A stretch of 48,739 nucleotides of DNA from Acidobacteriota bacterium (lineage in GTDB: Bacteria > Acidobacteriota > Polarisedimenticolia > Polarisedimenticolales > DASRJG01). Positions 48,210-48,739 of this stretch are shown piece after piece. Under the pieces are notes generated by a model. It was not told the DNA's origin. It was given only the letters and a program-made list of their open reading frames with translations, and did no database searches. Each line of letters opens with the position of its first letter. Within the stretch, counting starts at the first letter, position 1. Location: positions 1-48,739 of the forward strand of contig JANMVW010000317.1 in assembly GCA_031393555.1 (NCBI GenBank), in the 5' to 3' direction. The translations under genes and the position numbers were made by a program.

Positions 48210-48739
48210 ATGAAAGTACAAAACGTCTTTCCGCTCGCAGTCCTCGTGGCCGGGCTTTGCTTCGTCACATCCTGCGCATTGACCGACACCGGAATTACCA
48301 CGAATGTGAAAGCGAAATTCCTCGCTGATGATCTGGTCAAGTCGTCGCAACTCGAAGTGACGACGAAAGACGGAGTCGTCACGTTGACCGGAAACGTGGA
48401 CAGCGAGGCCGCGAAGAGCAAGGCGCTCGAGCTTGCGAAAGCGACGACGGGCGTCAAGAACGTGGTCGACATGATCTCGGCGAAAGAGGCTTCAGGCGGC
48501 GGCAATGCTCCCGAGCCGGCTCGTTCGCTCGGCGAGACCATCACCGATGCCGGCATCACGATGAGCGTGAAGAGCCAGTTCCTCGACGATCCGCTGGTCA
48601 AGGGCCTCAAGATCGACGTCGACACCCGCGATGGCGTCGTCTTTCTGACCGGCTCGATCGGTTCGGACGCTGAAATGCAGAAGGCGATCCAGCTCGCCAA
48701 GGACACGAAGGGCGTGCGGGACGTCAAGCCGAATCTGAC
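48210..48739 (+). CDS. BON-domain (OsmY-like) lipoprotein, 3'-partial
   Basis: Not in the ORF track because it runs off the end. SD AGGAG; MKVQNVFPLAVLVAGLCFVTSC lipobox-like; two BON domains (DTGITTNVK...DGVVTLTG...GVKNV and DAGITMSVK...DGVVFLTG...GVRDV). Confidence 0.9.
   Translation, partial: MKVQNVFPLAVLVAGLCFVTSCALTDTGITTNVKAKFLADDLVKSSQLEVTTKDGVVTLTGNVDSEAAKSKALELAKATTGVKNVVDMISAKEASGGGNAPEPARSLGETITDAGITMSVKSQFLDDPLVKGLKIDVDTRDGVVFLTGSIGSDAEMQKAIQLAKDTKGVRDVKPNL

Noticed and set aside
48042-48350. N-terminal extension of the DUF4097-like ORF
   Set aside because: It is antisense to the BON gene and crosses the promoter region. An SD plus GTG at 48041 fits better.

Overview
High-GC bacterial window with about 30 protein-coding genes. 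I found no rRNA, tRNA, CRISPR array, transposase or integrase. The gene inventory suggests Acidobacteriota (inference). From left to right: a 5'-truncated Ser/Thr kinase with a TolB-like propeller, whose first ~45 nt are a foreign RNA-methyltransferase fragment; an AAA+/DUF4143 ATPase; an M28 peptidase; a TPR protein; a tightly coupled signalling operon (secreted protein, FHA-GAF, membrane Ser/Thr kinase-TPR, sensor-less His kinase, NarL regulator, sulfatase-like TPR protein); a giant secreted metalloprotease; a CruF-like/TPR membrane protein; a second AAA+/DUF4143 gene between 102-bp direct repeats of a YHS gene's 3' end; a small defence-like island with two internally deleted NYN RNase genes, each behind the same promoter/two-hairpin/U-tract leader, flanking HIT + HNH; a DUF4384, CHASE2 adenylate cyclase, TPR-CHAT, giant FG-GAP protein cluster; RlmL-like, AlkD-like, epimerase, GT4 and purU genes; a wHTH-TPR regulator with an 11-bp-phased operator facing tautomerase + cupin genes; and DUF4097-like and BON proteins. 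The best candidates for undescribed biology are the FHA/STK/split-His-kinase operon, the RNA-leader NYN units, a shared C-terminal 'ACG...CP-stop' domain on both giant secreted proteins, and an 8x8-residue NAxVLEF repeat. Family names come from recalled motifs, not from database searches.
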